From: a virus
IMG/VR virus record: IMGVR_UViG_3300047160_018755
Location: 96,001 to 160,000 of that record
DNA: 64,000 bases
Direction: 5' to 3' (one strand)
A model generated the notes under the pieces. That model did no database searches and was not told where the DNA came from. It worked only from the letters and a program-made list of their open reading frames with translations. This document shows positions 1 through 7,682 of this stretch, in pieces. The position numbers and the translations under genes were made by a program. How positions within the stretch are numbered: the stretch's first letter is position 1; every line of letters begins with the position of its first letter.

Positions 1-153
1 CTCGTACACGAGATGCAGCGGGGTGAAGAACTTCTGGCTGTACTCGCGGAAGATCCGGCGGAGGTGGAAGTCCTCCGACACGCCCGGCTGACGCAGACGC
101 GTGAGCCAGACGTCGCGGAGAGCGATCAGCTCGATGTCGGAGAAGTCCGCCAA
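1..153 (-). CDS. Partial CDS running off the window start; possible tail assembly chaperone
   Basis: TTG start, open frame (M)ADFSDIELIALRDVWLTRLRQPG...YSQKFFTPLHLVYE; function guessed from position only. Confidence 0.4.
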   Translation of the reverse strand, partial: MADFSDIELIALRDVWLTRLRQPGVSEDFHLRRIFREYSQKFFTPLHLVYE

Positions 154-159
154 GGGATC

Positions 160-456
160 TTACTCCGGCAGCGGTCCGACCTTGATCTCCATCGGAAGCG
201 AGGCCTTGCCGTCCCAAGACCAGCGCACCTTGATGAGCTTGCGCCCCCTCTTGGTCACGATGTCGAAGTCGGTGTGCAGGCGGATCTTGACCAGCTCGCG
301 CTTCTTACGGTCAACGAAGACCCTTCCACCGGAGCGGGGAACGTACAGATCCACCCACCCCTCGGTAGTGTCGACCGCCGAGGCCATGATCACGCCGCCG
401 TCGACATCGAGGCAACGGACCTTGCGCCCGAGCTTGGTCTTGGCCGTGATCAGCAC
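160..456 (-). CDS. Hypothetical protein, 98 aa
   Basis: Codon bias matches the genome; tightly coupled to neighbours. Confidence 0.65.
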   Translation of the reverse strand: MLITAKTKLGRKVRCLDVDGGVIMASAVDTTEGWVDLYVPRSGGRVFVDRKKRELVKIRLHTDFDIVTKRGRKLIKVRWSWDGKASLPMEIKVGPLPE

Positions 457-876
457 TTACTTCTTCTCGACGGCTTCGACGGTCTTGGCGATGTCGCCGC
501 GGGCCTCGGCAGCAGCCTTGGCGACCGCTTCACGCGCATCGTTCTCGACCTTCAGGGCCTTGTCGTAGACGGCGACGATGACGTTCTCGTCCTCCAGGAG
601 ACGACCCTCGTCAGCGTCGACCCACCAGGTGGGGGCCTCGACGAGACGCACGAGCAGCTCGGAGAAGATCTGAGCGACCGAAGCGGCGCGAGCTGAAGGC
701 TCCCCGACCGCGGCGCCGAGCATCTGCCGGCGGAAGTTGTCGCGAGCGAGCTGGTCGTTGAAGCTCAGGCGCTTCTTGGCGATGAACTTGCCGGTCCAGC
801 TGGTACCGGTGGTTTCGCCCACGACACCGTCGAGGACGAAGGTTTCGGAATTCGAGTTCACGGGCTTGGCTGCCAT
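457..876 (-). CDS. Hypothetical protein, possible tail assembly chaperone
   Basis: GGAGG RBS and upstream AATCTT motif; acidic helical 139 aa; function is inference. Confidence 0.5.
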   Translation of the reverse strand: MAAKPVNSNSETFVLDGVVGETTGTSWTGKFIAKKRLSFNDQLARDNFRRQMLGAAVGEPSARAASVAQIFSELLVRLVEAPTWWVDADEGRLLEDENVIVAVYDKALKVENDAREAVAKAAAEARGDIAKTVEAVEKK

Positions 877-912
877 CAGGTATCCCTCCTGACAACCAAG
901 ATTAAGAGCGGA

Positions 913-950
913 ACAAAAAAGAAGGAAGGGTCAGGTCCCGCACCCTCTCC
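913..950 (-). terminator. Intrinsic terminator downstream of tmRNA
   Basis: GGAGAGGGT...ACCCTTCC stem followed by TTCTTTTTT. Confidence 0.7.
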
Positions 951-1012
951 GTTTTCTGCGTTACCGGAGACTCCCGTGCAGTAAGGGATTGTGAGGTGAA
1001 GGACCTGATTTG

Positions 1013-1394
1013 TGGACCCGCGGGGAGTCGAACCCCGATGTCGGAAACTTTGCGATCGAGCTTGTACGTGCGTTTCCTCGTTTTCGGGGGCTAGGGATCG
1101 AGGTGTCCCGGACTACGGCGCCCTCCACCACCTGGTTTTGCTGACCAGGAACAGTTGGTTTCCCTCTGTAGTTGTTTCTCAGGCGGCTACTAAGGGGCCT
1201 CACCGTCTGAGATTCGATTAAGCCGCGAGCGCGCGAGCGCCGTAGCCACCGAAACCGTTCGCCTCGATCAGATCGAAGGGAACGTCGAACTCATCGTTCG
1301 CTTTTCTTTTTTGGTCTTCTTTTTACGAGGCCTGATGACCAACCTCGGCACGCGTCTCAGTCCCTCTGTTCCCGGTCGATGCCGGTTCGGGCCC
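1013..1394 (-). ncRNA. ssrA: tmRNA
   Basis: Acceptor stem GGGCCCG/CGGGTCC with G3.U alanine determinant; T-arm GGGGTTCGACTCCCC; tag frame 1301..1218 ANDEFDVPFDLIEANGFGGYGARALAA*; CCA not fully encoded. Confidence 0.93.
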
Positions 1395-1400
1395 GAAATG

Positions 1401-1574
1401 CTACTCGGAAGCTGCTTTCTTGGCGCCCTCCTTGACGAGCGTGCGCACCTGGCCCGGGTCGAACCCGCGGTCGGTGAGCTTCTTCGTCGCCGTGTCGATG
1501 GCCTGCTTGGCGGCGTCGTAGCCGTCGCGGCGGACCTGTTCACGAACCTTGTCGCTGTTGATCTGCTCGTTCAT
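1401..1574 (-). CDS. Hypothetical protein, 57 aa (MNEQINSDKV...)
   Basis: RBS GAGGGAG and typical codon bias; read by hand, absent from ORF track. Confidence 0.65.
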   Translation of the reverse strand: MNEQINSDKVREQVRRDGYDAAKQAIDTATKKLTDRGFDPGQVRTLVKEGAKKAASE

Positions 1575-1826
1575 CTTTGTTCTCCCTCAGTTGACCCACT
1601 GACAATAGCAGGGCTGGGGATCGGTTGCAAGAGAAGATTGCGGCGGCCACCCATTCTCCGCCAAGGGCTCATGGGACCTCGCTCCCACCACACGTCGTCC
1701 CAATCCAAGGCACGTTGGAGCCTAGCGTCAAAGAACATGCCACCCCGCGGGATGACGCCGTTGACGGGCTCGACCAAAACCATCGCAAACCCCACCAAGA
1801 GGGTCTGCTGGAGAGGCGGCCGTGGG

Positions 1827-2105
1827 CTAGAACTCATCGCCATACTTCTCGGGAATCTCTTCCAGAAGCTGCGCAAAGCCCTCCAACTCAGCCACCAGGC
1901 CCTCGTTCTCCCATTCCTGGCATCGCCCGCTGACGTTGATCGAGAGCTGCCGTTCCTCGCCCGTGTGCTTCTGGTGCAAGTACGTGTGAATGTTGCACGT
2001 GCCCCACTTCGAGCCGCGAGCGATGTTGGCGTGAATGCAGTTCCCGCAAGTCGGCTGTACGGTGTAGCCGATGTCCTTCAGGACCACAAGCTTGTTGGCG
2101 TCCAT
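1827..2105 (-). CDS. Hypothetical Cys/His-rich protein
   Basis: CxxC..H..C..H pattern; ATG coupled to upstream TGA. Confidence 0.65.
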   Translation of the reverse strand: MDANKLVVLKDIGYTVQPTCGNCIHANIARGSKWGTCNIHTYLHQKHTGEERQLSINVSGRCQEWENEGLVAELEGFAQLLEEIPEKYGDEF

Positions 2106-2220
2106 CAGACCGCTCGCTTCATCTCTTTCAACCTCTGCGCCGTGCGCAGGTCGAACTGATGCCCACGGAGCCCTCGCCGTCGAAGAAACCGGCTACGTAG
2201 CGAGGATCAACCCTTGACAC
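2105..2220 (-). pseudogene. Degenerate LAGLIDADG homing endonuclease remnant
   Basis: GTG frame gives DPRYVAGFFDGEGSVGI then stops after 30 aa; a second frame gives a C-terminal-like QFDLRTAQRLKEMKRAV*. Confidence 0.7.
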
Positions 2221-3463
2221 AGAGGACTTGCCTCAGCGTGTGGACGATCTCGACCAGGTCTTTCTGGTTCTCCATGACTTGGTCAATGTTCTTGTAGGCC
2301 GAGGGGATCTCGTCCAGGACTCCGGAGTCCTTACGGCAGCAGACACCCTTCGTCTGCTCGGCGAGATCCTCGACCGTGAAGGTCCTCTTTGCCTGCCCGC
2401 GAGACATCTTGCGCCCGGCCCCATGGGAAGCCGAGTTGAAGGAGTCGGGGTTCCCGAGCCCGCGGACGATGAACGACTTCGCTCCCATGCTGCCCGGGAT
2501 GATCCCCAGGCGGCCAGCCTCAGCGTTGATGGCCCCCTTGCGGGTGACCAGGACGTTCTCGCCGAAGTGAGTCTCCTCGGCGACGTAGTTGTGATGCGCA
2601 AGGATCGGCTTCTCGAACGTCACCTCCAGCGAGCCGCCCCAGAAGTCCGCGAACGTCCGCTTCAGGATGTCGAACATGACCATGCGGTTCAGCATGGCGT
2701 ACTCCTGCGCCCAGAACAGGTCGTGTCGATACGCCGTCATCTCCTTCGTTCCGGAGAGGAAGACCGCCATGTCCGGATCCGGGATGCGCTCGTTGTGGAT
2801 CAGGCCACGCGCGATGTCGATGTGGATCTCGGCCAGCTCCTTGCCGATGTTGCGCGAGCCCGAGTGCAGCATGAGCCACACGCGCGGCTCGTGCTTGTAC
2901 TGGTGCCACTCGCCGCAGTTGTCCTGACCGCAGTCGTAGATGCCGTTGTCCAGGCACACCTCGATGAAGTGGTTGCCGCCACCGAGCGTACCCATCTGCT
3001 TCTTCGCCTTCGCGAAGTCCACGCGCTCGCCCTGGTGCAGGTCCTTGAAGCGATCGAAGAGCTTCATGTGCTCGACGGCAGTCGCGTGGTCCGAGAAGTG
3101 GAAGACCGCCCGATCGTGGGCGTTGAAGCCCACCGGGATCGCAGCCTCGATGGCCGCACGCATCGGCTCCAGGTTGTCCGGGAGGTCCGAGGCGACGAGA
3201 TTCGTACGGATCGCGCCCATGCCACAACCGATGTCGACGCCCACCGCGGCCGGCGCGACTGCATTCTTCATGGCGATGACCGAGCCGACCGTACAACCTT
3301 TCCCAGCGTGGACGTCCGGCATGACGGCCACGTGGTGGTAGACCCACGGGAGCTTCGCGACGTTCGACAACTGGTCGAGCGCCATCGAGTCCACTTCGTG
3401 GATCGGTGCCCAAAGCTTGACCGGGACGAGCTGCCCGGCTTTGTTCATTTCCGAAAGAGACAT
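2207..3463 (-). CDS. rtcB: RtcB RNA 3'-phosphate/5'-OH ligase
   Basis: MPDVH, GVDIGCG, GTLGGGNHFIE, LHSGSR, HHNY, SASHGAGR motifs; GGAG RBS before MSLSE. Confidence 0.96.
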   Translation of the reverse strand: MSLSEMNKAGQLVPVKLWAPIHEVDSMALDQLSNVAKLPWVYHHVAVMPDVHAGKGCTVGSVIAMKNAVAPAAVGVDIGCGMGAIRTNLVASDLPDNLEPMRAAIEAAIPVGFNAHDRAVFHFSDHATAVEHMKLFDRFKDLHQGERVDFAKAKKQMGTLGGGNHFIEVCLDNGIYDCGQDNCGEWHQYKHEPRVWLMLHSGSRNIGKELAEIHIDIARGLIHNERIPDPDMAVFLSGTKEMTAYRHDLFWAQEYAMLNRMVMFDILKRTFADFWGGSLEVTFEKPILAHHNYVAEETHFGENVLVTRKGAINAEAGRLGIIPGSMGAKSFIVRGLGNPDSFNSASHGAGRKMSRGQAKRTFTVEDLAEQTKGVCCRKDSGVLDEIPSAYKNIDQVMENQKDLVEIVHTLRQVLCVKG

Positions 3464-3615
3464 GATACTCCGAGACGGATGAAGTGGAACAGAAGGATCA
3501 CCGGCATCGCCGGCAGGAGACAGGTCTCCAGATGCGCGTCGAAGAACCACGCACCGATGTAGAGCCACGCGATGCAGAACACCACGTAGGCGAGGATGAT
3601 CAGAACCGCGAGCAT
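3445..3615 (-). CDS. Small membrane protein
   Basis: Two hydrophobic stretches; TGATG coupling to upstream gene. Confidence 0.55.
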   Translation of the reverse strand: MLAVLIILAYVVFCIAWLYIGAWFFDAHLETCLLPAMPVILLFHFIRLGVSCLFRK

Positions 3616-3875
3616 CACGGCTCCTCGGGGAGCCACGTCACGCGGTACGTGGAGTTGAGCGTGTCGAACTCGAAGCCGTCGACGGTCTTGACGACCTCCT
3701 TAATGACGCTCGTGCGGGCGAGGTTGCCGTTGTCCTTGTACAGGCAGAAGCACCCCTCGACCCGAGGGTCGTAGTAGGTGTGCCCGAGCATGGACTTGTG
3801 ACGCTCCTCGACCGGGTGATTCGACTCGACGAGATCGAGCCGGCACCGCCGCCATTCACACTTGAGCTTCTCCAT
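3615..3875 (-). CDS. Hypothetical protein
   Basis: AAGG RBS and codon bias. Confidence 0.65.
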   Translation of the reverse strand: MEKLKCEWRRCRLDLVESNHPVEERHKSMLGHTYYDPRVEGCFCLYKDNGNLARTSVIKEVVKTVDGFEFDTLNSTYRVTWLPEEP

Positions 3876-3889
3876 GAACGTACCTTACC

Positions 3890-4543
3890 TCACTTCCCGT
3901 CGATCGTCCAGGACTTTCGTTCGGCCCCCTTCTCGCCGTACTCCTCGGACTCGATCCAGACGTCCTTGGTGTGGTCGCCGTTCGGGTCCATCTTCCAGAA
4001 GCCCCACTTCTTGCCCCGATTCCAGCCCACGACCCAGGACAGCGTCGGGCCAATGAGCTTGACGATGTGGACGTGACCCTCCGGGTTGTGCAAGGTTGTG
4101 CCGACGCGCGCCACGTTGACACGGGGGTTGCCTGGCCTGCCGTAGCCGCCCTCGCGGGCGGGCACGCGCGGGTAGTAGACCTCCTCATCATAGCCGTTCA
4201 TGAGGATCGTGGTCGTGAAGGGCCCGGGGTGGTCATGCGGGTCGCGCCCCTCGTCGGGGAGCAGGATCAGGTGGAGGAACCGCGGCCGGTACCACTTCTG
4301 CTTCGGGGTCATAAACCAGCGCCGCAGGTAGAGCTTCCCCTCAGGCGTGAAGATGTCGAGGTGAGGCCAGAGCGCCGACATGAGGTGGACGAAGGTGGCC
4401 TTGTCGAAGAAGAACGCCACCAAGATGATCGGCGAGATGGCGACCGCGAAAAGCGCCTTGAACACCGACCAGATCGTGAACAAGTACTCCCAGCTGTAGA
4501 GCAGCGCGAGAACGACCAGGCCGCTGAACATCGCGAAGGACAT
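3890..4543 (-). CDS. Membrane-anchored cupin-fold protein
   Basis: N-terminal TM segments, then LYLRRWF...HLILLPD...PHDHP cupin-like metal motif. Confidence 0.6.
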   Translation of the reverse strand: MSFAMFSGLVVLALLYSWEYLFTIWSVFKALFAVAISPIILVAFFFDKATFVHLMSALWPHLDIFTPEGKLYLRRWFMTPKQKWYRPRFLHLILLPDEGRDPHDHPGPFTTTILMNGYDEEVYYPRVPAREGGYGRPGNPRVNVARVGTTLHNPEGHVHIVKLIGPTLSWVVGWNRGKKWGFWKMDPNGDHTKDVWIESEEYGEKGAERKSWTIDGK

Positions 4544-4866
4544 TAGCTGATCAGCTCGTCCTTCGTCTTCCCAGACGACGGGGTGGTGGGAGCAGACGGC
4601 GCCGGGATGTCACCGCGACCCACCAGCGTCTGGTAGGCCGGCCCGATGTAGTTCTGGTAGACGCTGTTGATGGCGAGGACATCTTCGATCGTCGGCGACT
4701 GCTCGGCGCCACTGTTGTTGACGACCTCCTCCGCCATGTCGCAGGCGAACATCAGGTCCTCGAACAGCATCAGTCGGGCTTGCGTCTCGATGAGAGGGCC
4801 GTGCTTCCCGGGCTGGCCCTTGAGGTCGTTCAGGCGTTGCGTGAGCTGATCTTTCAGACTGCTCAT
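4543..4866 (-). CDS. Hypothetical protein
   Basis: ATGA overlap with upstream stop. Confidence 0.6.
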   Translation of the reverse strand: MSSLKDQLTQRLNDLKGQPGKHGPLIETQARLMLFEDLMFACDMAEEVVNNSGAEQSPTIEDVLAINSVYQNYIGPAYQTLVGRGDIPAPSAPTTPSSGKTKDELIS

Positions 4867-5189
4867 AGTTTCCACTCTTTCGGCTTGTGTCCTGGGATCT
4901 TGAATTGCCAATGGTGAATCTTACACTGTTCCCCCGGCGGGATGCCAGGAAAAACGTACTCGCTCGTTCGGTGTCCGCGGATCCCGACCGCCTTCGAGGT
5001 CAGCTTGGACTCGCATTCGATCCAGAACCAAATCGACCTCCGGAACGGGTTGTGGACGGTGATGTGGCGCTCCCACTCGGGAGACGCATGTTGGGGTACG
5101 ACCAAGATCGAGATCTGGTCGGTGATGGCCGGCTGCGGGTGCTTCGCTGGGGCGAAGGCCAGCAACGTGGCAATCAGAAAGGACTTCAC
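4863..5189 (-). CDS. Putative exported protein
   Basis: Signal-peptide-like MKSFLIATLLAFAPA; downstream of GATTCGATAG motif. Confidence 0.55.
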   Translation of the reverse strand: MKSFLIATLLAFAPAKHPQPAITDQISILVVPQHASPEWERHITVHNPFRRSIWFWIECESKLTSKAVGIRGHRTSEYVFPGIPPGEQCKIHHWQFKIPGHKPKEWKL

Positions 5190-5198
5190 GGCCCATTT

Positions 5199-5208
5199 CT
5201 ATCGAATC
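5199..5208 (-). promoter_or_regulatory. Phage promoter-like motif GATTCGATAG (first of 12 copies)
   Basis: Exact copies at 5199, 6695, 8140, 8590, 8619, 8969, 12795, 37999, 56862 (minus) and 23680, 56897, 59330 (plus), oriented with the downstream gene. Confidence 0.8.
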
Positions 5209-5237
5209 TTGACAACCACGCGAAGATCTGGCACTCT
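5209..5237 (+). promoter_or_regulatory. Host sigma70-type promoter
   Basis: TTGACA-17 nt-CACTCT upstream of ATG 5247. Confidence 0.55.
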
Positions 5238-5246
5238 TGGTGCAAG

Positions 5247-5474
5247 ATGAACAACGACGAACGCACGCATCGGTACGCCATGATGGGCGTGGTCGCCTAC
5301 GTCCAGGAGCGGATCATCATGTTCGAGAAGGACCGCCGCCAGCTCCCCGAGATCACCATCCTGGGCCAGCTGGAGTGGGAGGTCTTGGGGGCCAACATGG
5401 ACGAGGACTTCTCCATCGCCGGCATCCCCTGCGTCCCGGACCTAACGACCCCGTTCGGCGTCTTCTTCCGATGA
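5247..5474 (+). CDS. Hypothetical protein
   Basis: Follows sigma70-type promoter; ATGA coupling to next gene. Confidence 0.6.
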   Translation: MNNDERTHRYAMMGVVAYVQERIIMFEKDRRQLPEITILGQLEWEVLGANMDEDFSIAGIPCVPDLTTPFGVFFR

Positions 5475-5890
5475 AGATCGCCGTCGTAGGGGCCCGAGCC
5501 TTCCCCAGCCGGGAGAAGGTGCAGACGTTCGTCCGCTTCCTTCCCGGAGACTGGGAGATCGTGTCCGGAGGGGCTCCGGGCGTCGACACTTTCGCCCAAG
5601 ACGCCGCTGCCGAGCAGCACCGACCCTACACCGTGTTCTACGCCGATTGGGATCGCGTAGGACGCGCTGCCGGCATGATCCGTAACACTCAGATCGCCAA
5701 CGAATGCGACGCGCTCGTAGCGTTCGTCCACGGCCCCTCGAAGGGCACCATGGACACCGTCCGCAAGGCCGGCGTCGCCCACAAGCCCATCTGGGTCATT
5801 ACCGTGGACGACGATCTCCCCACTTGGCAGGAGATCGAAGCCAAGGTCCAAGACTACCAGAGACGGCTCAGGGCTTTCCGTTCTGCCTGA
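5471..5890 (+). CDS. SLOG-family (DUF2493/YspA-like) nucleotide-binding protein
   Basis: MKIAVVGAR...IVSGGAPGVDT...AAGMIRN...VAF...SKGT pattern. Confidence 0.8.
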   Translation: MKIAVVGARAFPSREKVQTFVRFLPGDWEIVSGGAPGVDTFAQDAAAEQHRPYTVFYADWDRVGRAAGMIRNTQIANECDALVAFVHGPSKGTMDTVRKAGVAHKPIWVITVDDDLPTWQEIEAKVQDYQRRLRAFRSA

Positions 5891-6671
5891 GGTAGAGAAG
5901 GTACTTGCCCGGGGGGCCGTCGATCACCACGTCGACGGCACCGCGCTGTTGGGCCTCCTCCCAATCCAGCCACCACTCACGTCCACCTTGGATACGCGTC
6001 ATCACCTCGGGGACCTTCGCGTTCATCCGATGGGTCACCCACTCGACGTAGGCTCGGGTAGCGACGCGGATCGTAGCCGCAGAGTTCTCCACCCTCAAGT
6101 CGGTCAAGCGCATGCCGGGCGAGACCATCAGCGACACCTGGTGGATCATGAGCATCGAACGCTTGGTCATCACGCGGTGGTCGCATGACTGGAGCACATA
6201 CATGCCCATGCTCGCCGACGTACCATCGACGACACAGACCACCTTGAACGGAGCCGCCTCGATGGCGCGCGAGATCTCATGTCCATCATCCATGCTACCG
6301 CCAGGCGTGTTCAGCTCGACCATGACGAGGTCGGCGCTGGCCTCGACCGCGGCCTCCATGAAGGCCTTGAACTTGCCCGCAGCGTCGTCGTCGATACTCT
6401 CGGAGAAGCGGTAGTAGGGGACACAGGGGTGCGTGTCACACTCGATCTTGGGCTTCTTGGGCGGCTCGGGCCCCAGAAGGTCCATCAGATTGATGTCCTC
6501 GGGCTCCACCTCGGTCGGCTCCGTGCTTGGAATCGCCGGAGGCGGCGGGGCCGTTTTGGTAGGAGCCGGTGCCATGATTGGCACAAAAGGCGGTGGCTGG
6601 GTCGGCTGGGGTGGCTTGGCGAAGGCCGGAATCGTGAGGAGCATCGACAGAGCAACCAGGGCAGCTTTCAT
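5868..6671 (-). CDS. ClpP/crotonase-fold serine peptidase with signal peptide and Pro-rich linker
   Basis: LNTPGGS, SASMG (catalytic Ser), MLMIH (His); N-terminus MKAALVALSMLLTIPAFA. Confidence 0.8.
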   Translation of the reverse strand: MKAALVALSMLLTIPAFAKPPQPTQPPPFVPIMAPAPTKTAPPPPAIPSTEPTEVEPEDINLMDLLGPEPPKKPKIECDTHPCVPYYRFSESIDDDAAGKFKAFMEAAVEASADLVMVELNTPGGSMDDGHEISRAIEAAPFKVVCVVDGTSASMGMYVLQSCDHRVMTKRSMLMIHQVSLMVSPGMRLTDLRVENSAATIRVATRAYVEWVTHRMNAKVPEVMTRIQGGREWWLDWEEAQQRGAVDVVIDGPPGKYLLYLRQNGKP

Positions 6672-6744
6672 GCGCAAAACCTCCAACTCTATTTCTATCG
6701 AATCTTTCGAAGAAACGCAAGTAGGATCCGTAAGCTACGAAACG

Positions 6745-6800
6745 GGCGGCGCCCGGGTCGATGTTCGGGAGAGGGAACCATCCAGACCGCGGGCGCCGCC
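6745..6800. other. Long GC-rich hairpin downstream of the tRNA array
   Basis: GGCGGCGCCCG/CGGGCGCCGCC arms with inner GGTC/GACC and GATG/CATC pairings. Confidence 0.55.
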
Positions 6801-6828
6801 ACCTTGGTGAGACTCCAAGAAGATTCGG

Positions 6829-6899
6829 TTCCCTCGCACCGATTCGAACGATGATCTGACGGGTCAAGGCCGTCGGTCCTGCCGTTAGACGACAAGGGA
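6829..6899 (-). tRNA. tRNA-Gln(UUG)
   Basis: Cloverleaf; anticodon loop CC-TTG-AC. Confidence 0.85.
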
Positions 6900-6912
6900 G
6901 TATCGGACAATG

Positions 6913-6985
6913 TGCCGCCGGAGGGACTCGAACCCCCGCCCTTCCCGTTCGAAGCGGGTCGCTCGTCCAGTCGAGCTACAGCGGC
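6913..6985 (-). tRNA. tRNA-Arg(UCG)
   Basis: Cloverleaf; loop CT-TCG-AA. Confidence 0.88.
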
Positions 6986-6986
6986 A

Positions 6987-7058
6987 TGGCCTCTCTGTCA
7001 AGAGTCGAACTTGAATTCCGGCCTTCGCAGGGCTAGATGGGATCCACTCCCCAAAGAG
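6987..7058 (-). tRNA. tRNA-Arg(GCG), atypical short D-arm
   Basis: Loop CT-GCG-AA; CCA encoded; D-stem GGGA/TCCC abuts the acceptor stem. Confidence 0.65.
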
Positions 7059-7059
7059 A

Positions 7060-7133
7060 TGGTACGAGATGCTGGAATCGAACCAACGTCAGCCGCTAAT
7101 CGGGCAGCCGCACTACCATTGTGCTAATCTCGC
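7060..7133 (-). tRNA. tRNA-Ile(GAU)
   Basis: Loop CC-GAT-TA; CCA encoded. Confidence 0.85.
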
Positions 7134-7134
7134 A

Positions 7135-7208
7135 TGGTTGCCTCGGATCGATTCGAACGATCGTCGCCGGTTTCAGAGACCGGAGTCCTGCCGCTAGACG
7201 ACAAGGCA
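7135..7208 (-). tRNA. tRNA-Gln(CUG)
   Basis: Loop CT-CTG-AA; CCA encoded. Confidence 0.9.
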
Positions 7209-7217
7209 ATGTATTTG

Positions 7218-7288
7218 AGCTACTGGAAGGAATTGAACCCTCATTTCTGCCGTACGAAGGGAGTGTCCTGCCGTTGAACGACAGTAGC
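7218..7288 (-). tRNA. tRNA-Thr(CGU)
   Basis: Loop TT-CGT-AC; one mismatch in the anticodon stem. Confidence 0.75.
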
Positions 7289-7293
7289 ATCTG

Positions 7294-7364
7294 AGCCGAT
7301 CGAAGGAATTGAACCCTCGTGAACTGCTTACTGGGCAGTCGTCCTACCGTTGAACGAGATCGGC
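7294..7364 (-). tRNA. tRNA-Thr(AGU)
   Basis: Perfect ACTGC/GCAGT stem; loop CC-AGT-AA. Confidence 0.8.
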
Positions 7365-7366
7365 AT

Positions 7367-7455
7367 TGGTGGGCTACCCAGGAATCGAACCTAGCTGGAA
7401 CGTAAAGGACGCCTGTGTTACAGACAGGCCCGCCTCCATAGCGGTCTAGTAACCC
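7367..7455 (-). tRNA. tRNA-Tyr(GUA)
   Basis: Loop CT-GTA-AC; long variable arm; CCA encoded. Confidence 0.9.
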
Positions 7456-7501
7456 AAACCAGTGACATGAGCGACTATTCAATTTTCAGAGAATCTTTCG
7501 G

Positions 7502-7576
7502 GGTGACCGGTGGGACTCGAACCCACAATTTGACTGATTCACAGTCAGCCGTGTCTACCAATTTCACCACGGCCAC
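7502..7576 (-). tRNA. tRNA-His(GUG)
   Basis: Loop CT-GTG-AA; C73; G-1 not encoded. Confidence 0.88.
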
Positions 7577-7578
7577 AG

Positions 7579-7649
7579 TCTGGGTGACAGGAATCGAACC
7601 TGCATAACCTGGTTCCGGGCCAGGGAGCTAACCAATAGCCTACACCCAG
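7579..7649 (-). tRNA. tRNA-Pro(CGG)
   Basis: Loop CC-CGG-AA. Confidence 0.85.
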
Positions 7650-7682
7650 AGATCGGGGCGCACGGCGAGGTTGCGTGTCTTG

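Noticed and set aside
1012-1221. Short ORFs over the tmRNA and tRNA arrays (also 6912..7127, 7096..7482, 8563..9159)
   Set aside because: They are the reverse complement or alternative reading of RNA genes
1571-1876. 101-aa minus-strand ORF between real genes
   Set aside because: Weak codon bias, overlaps both neighbours and has no clear RBS; not supported
6745-6800. Y RNA or SRP RNA identity for the hairpin near rtcB
   Set aside because: No exact GNCGAA Ro-binding motif, no tRNA-like module and no SRP CAGG...GGAA...GCAG motif
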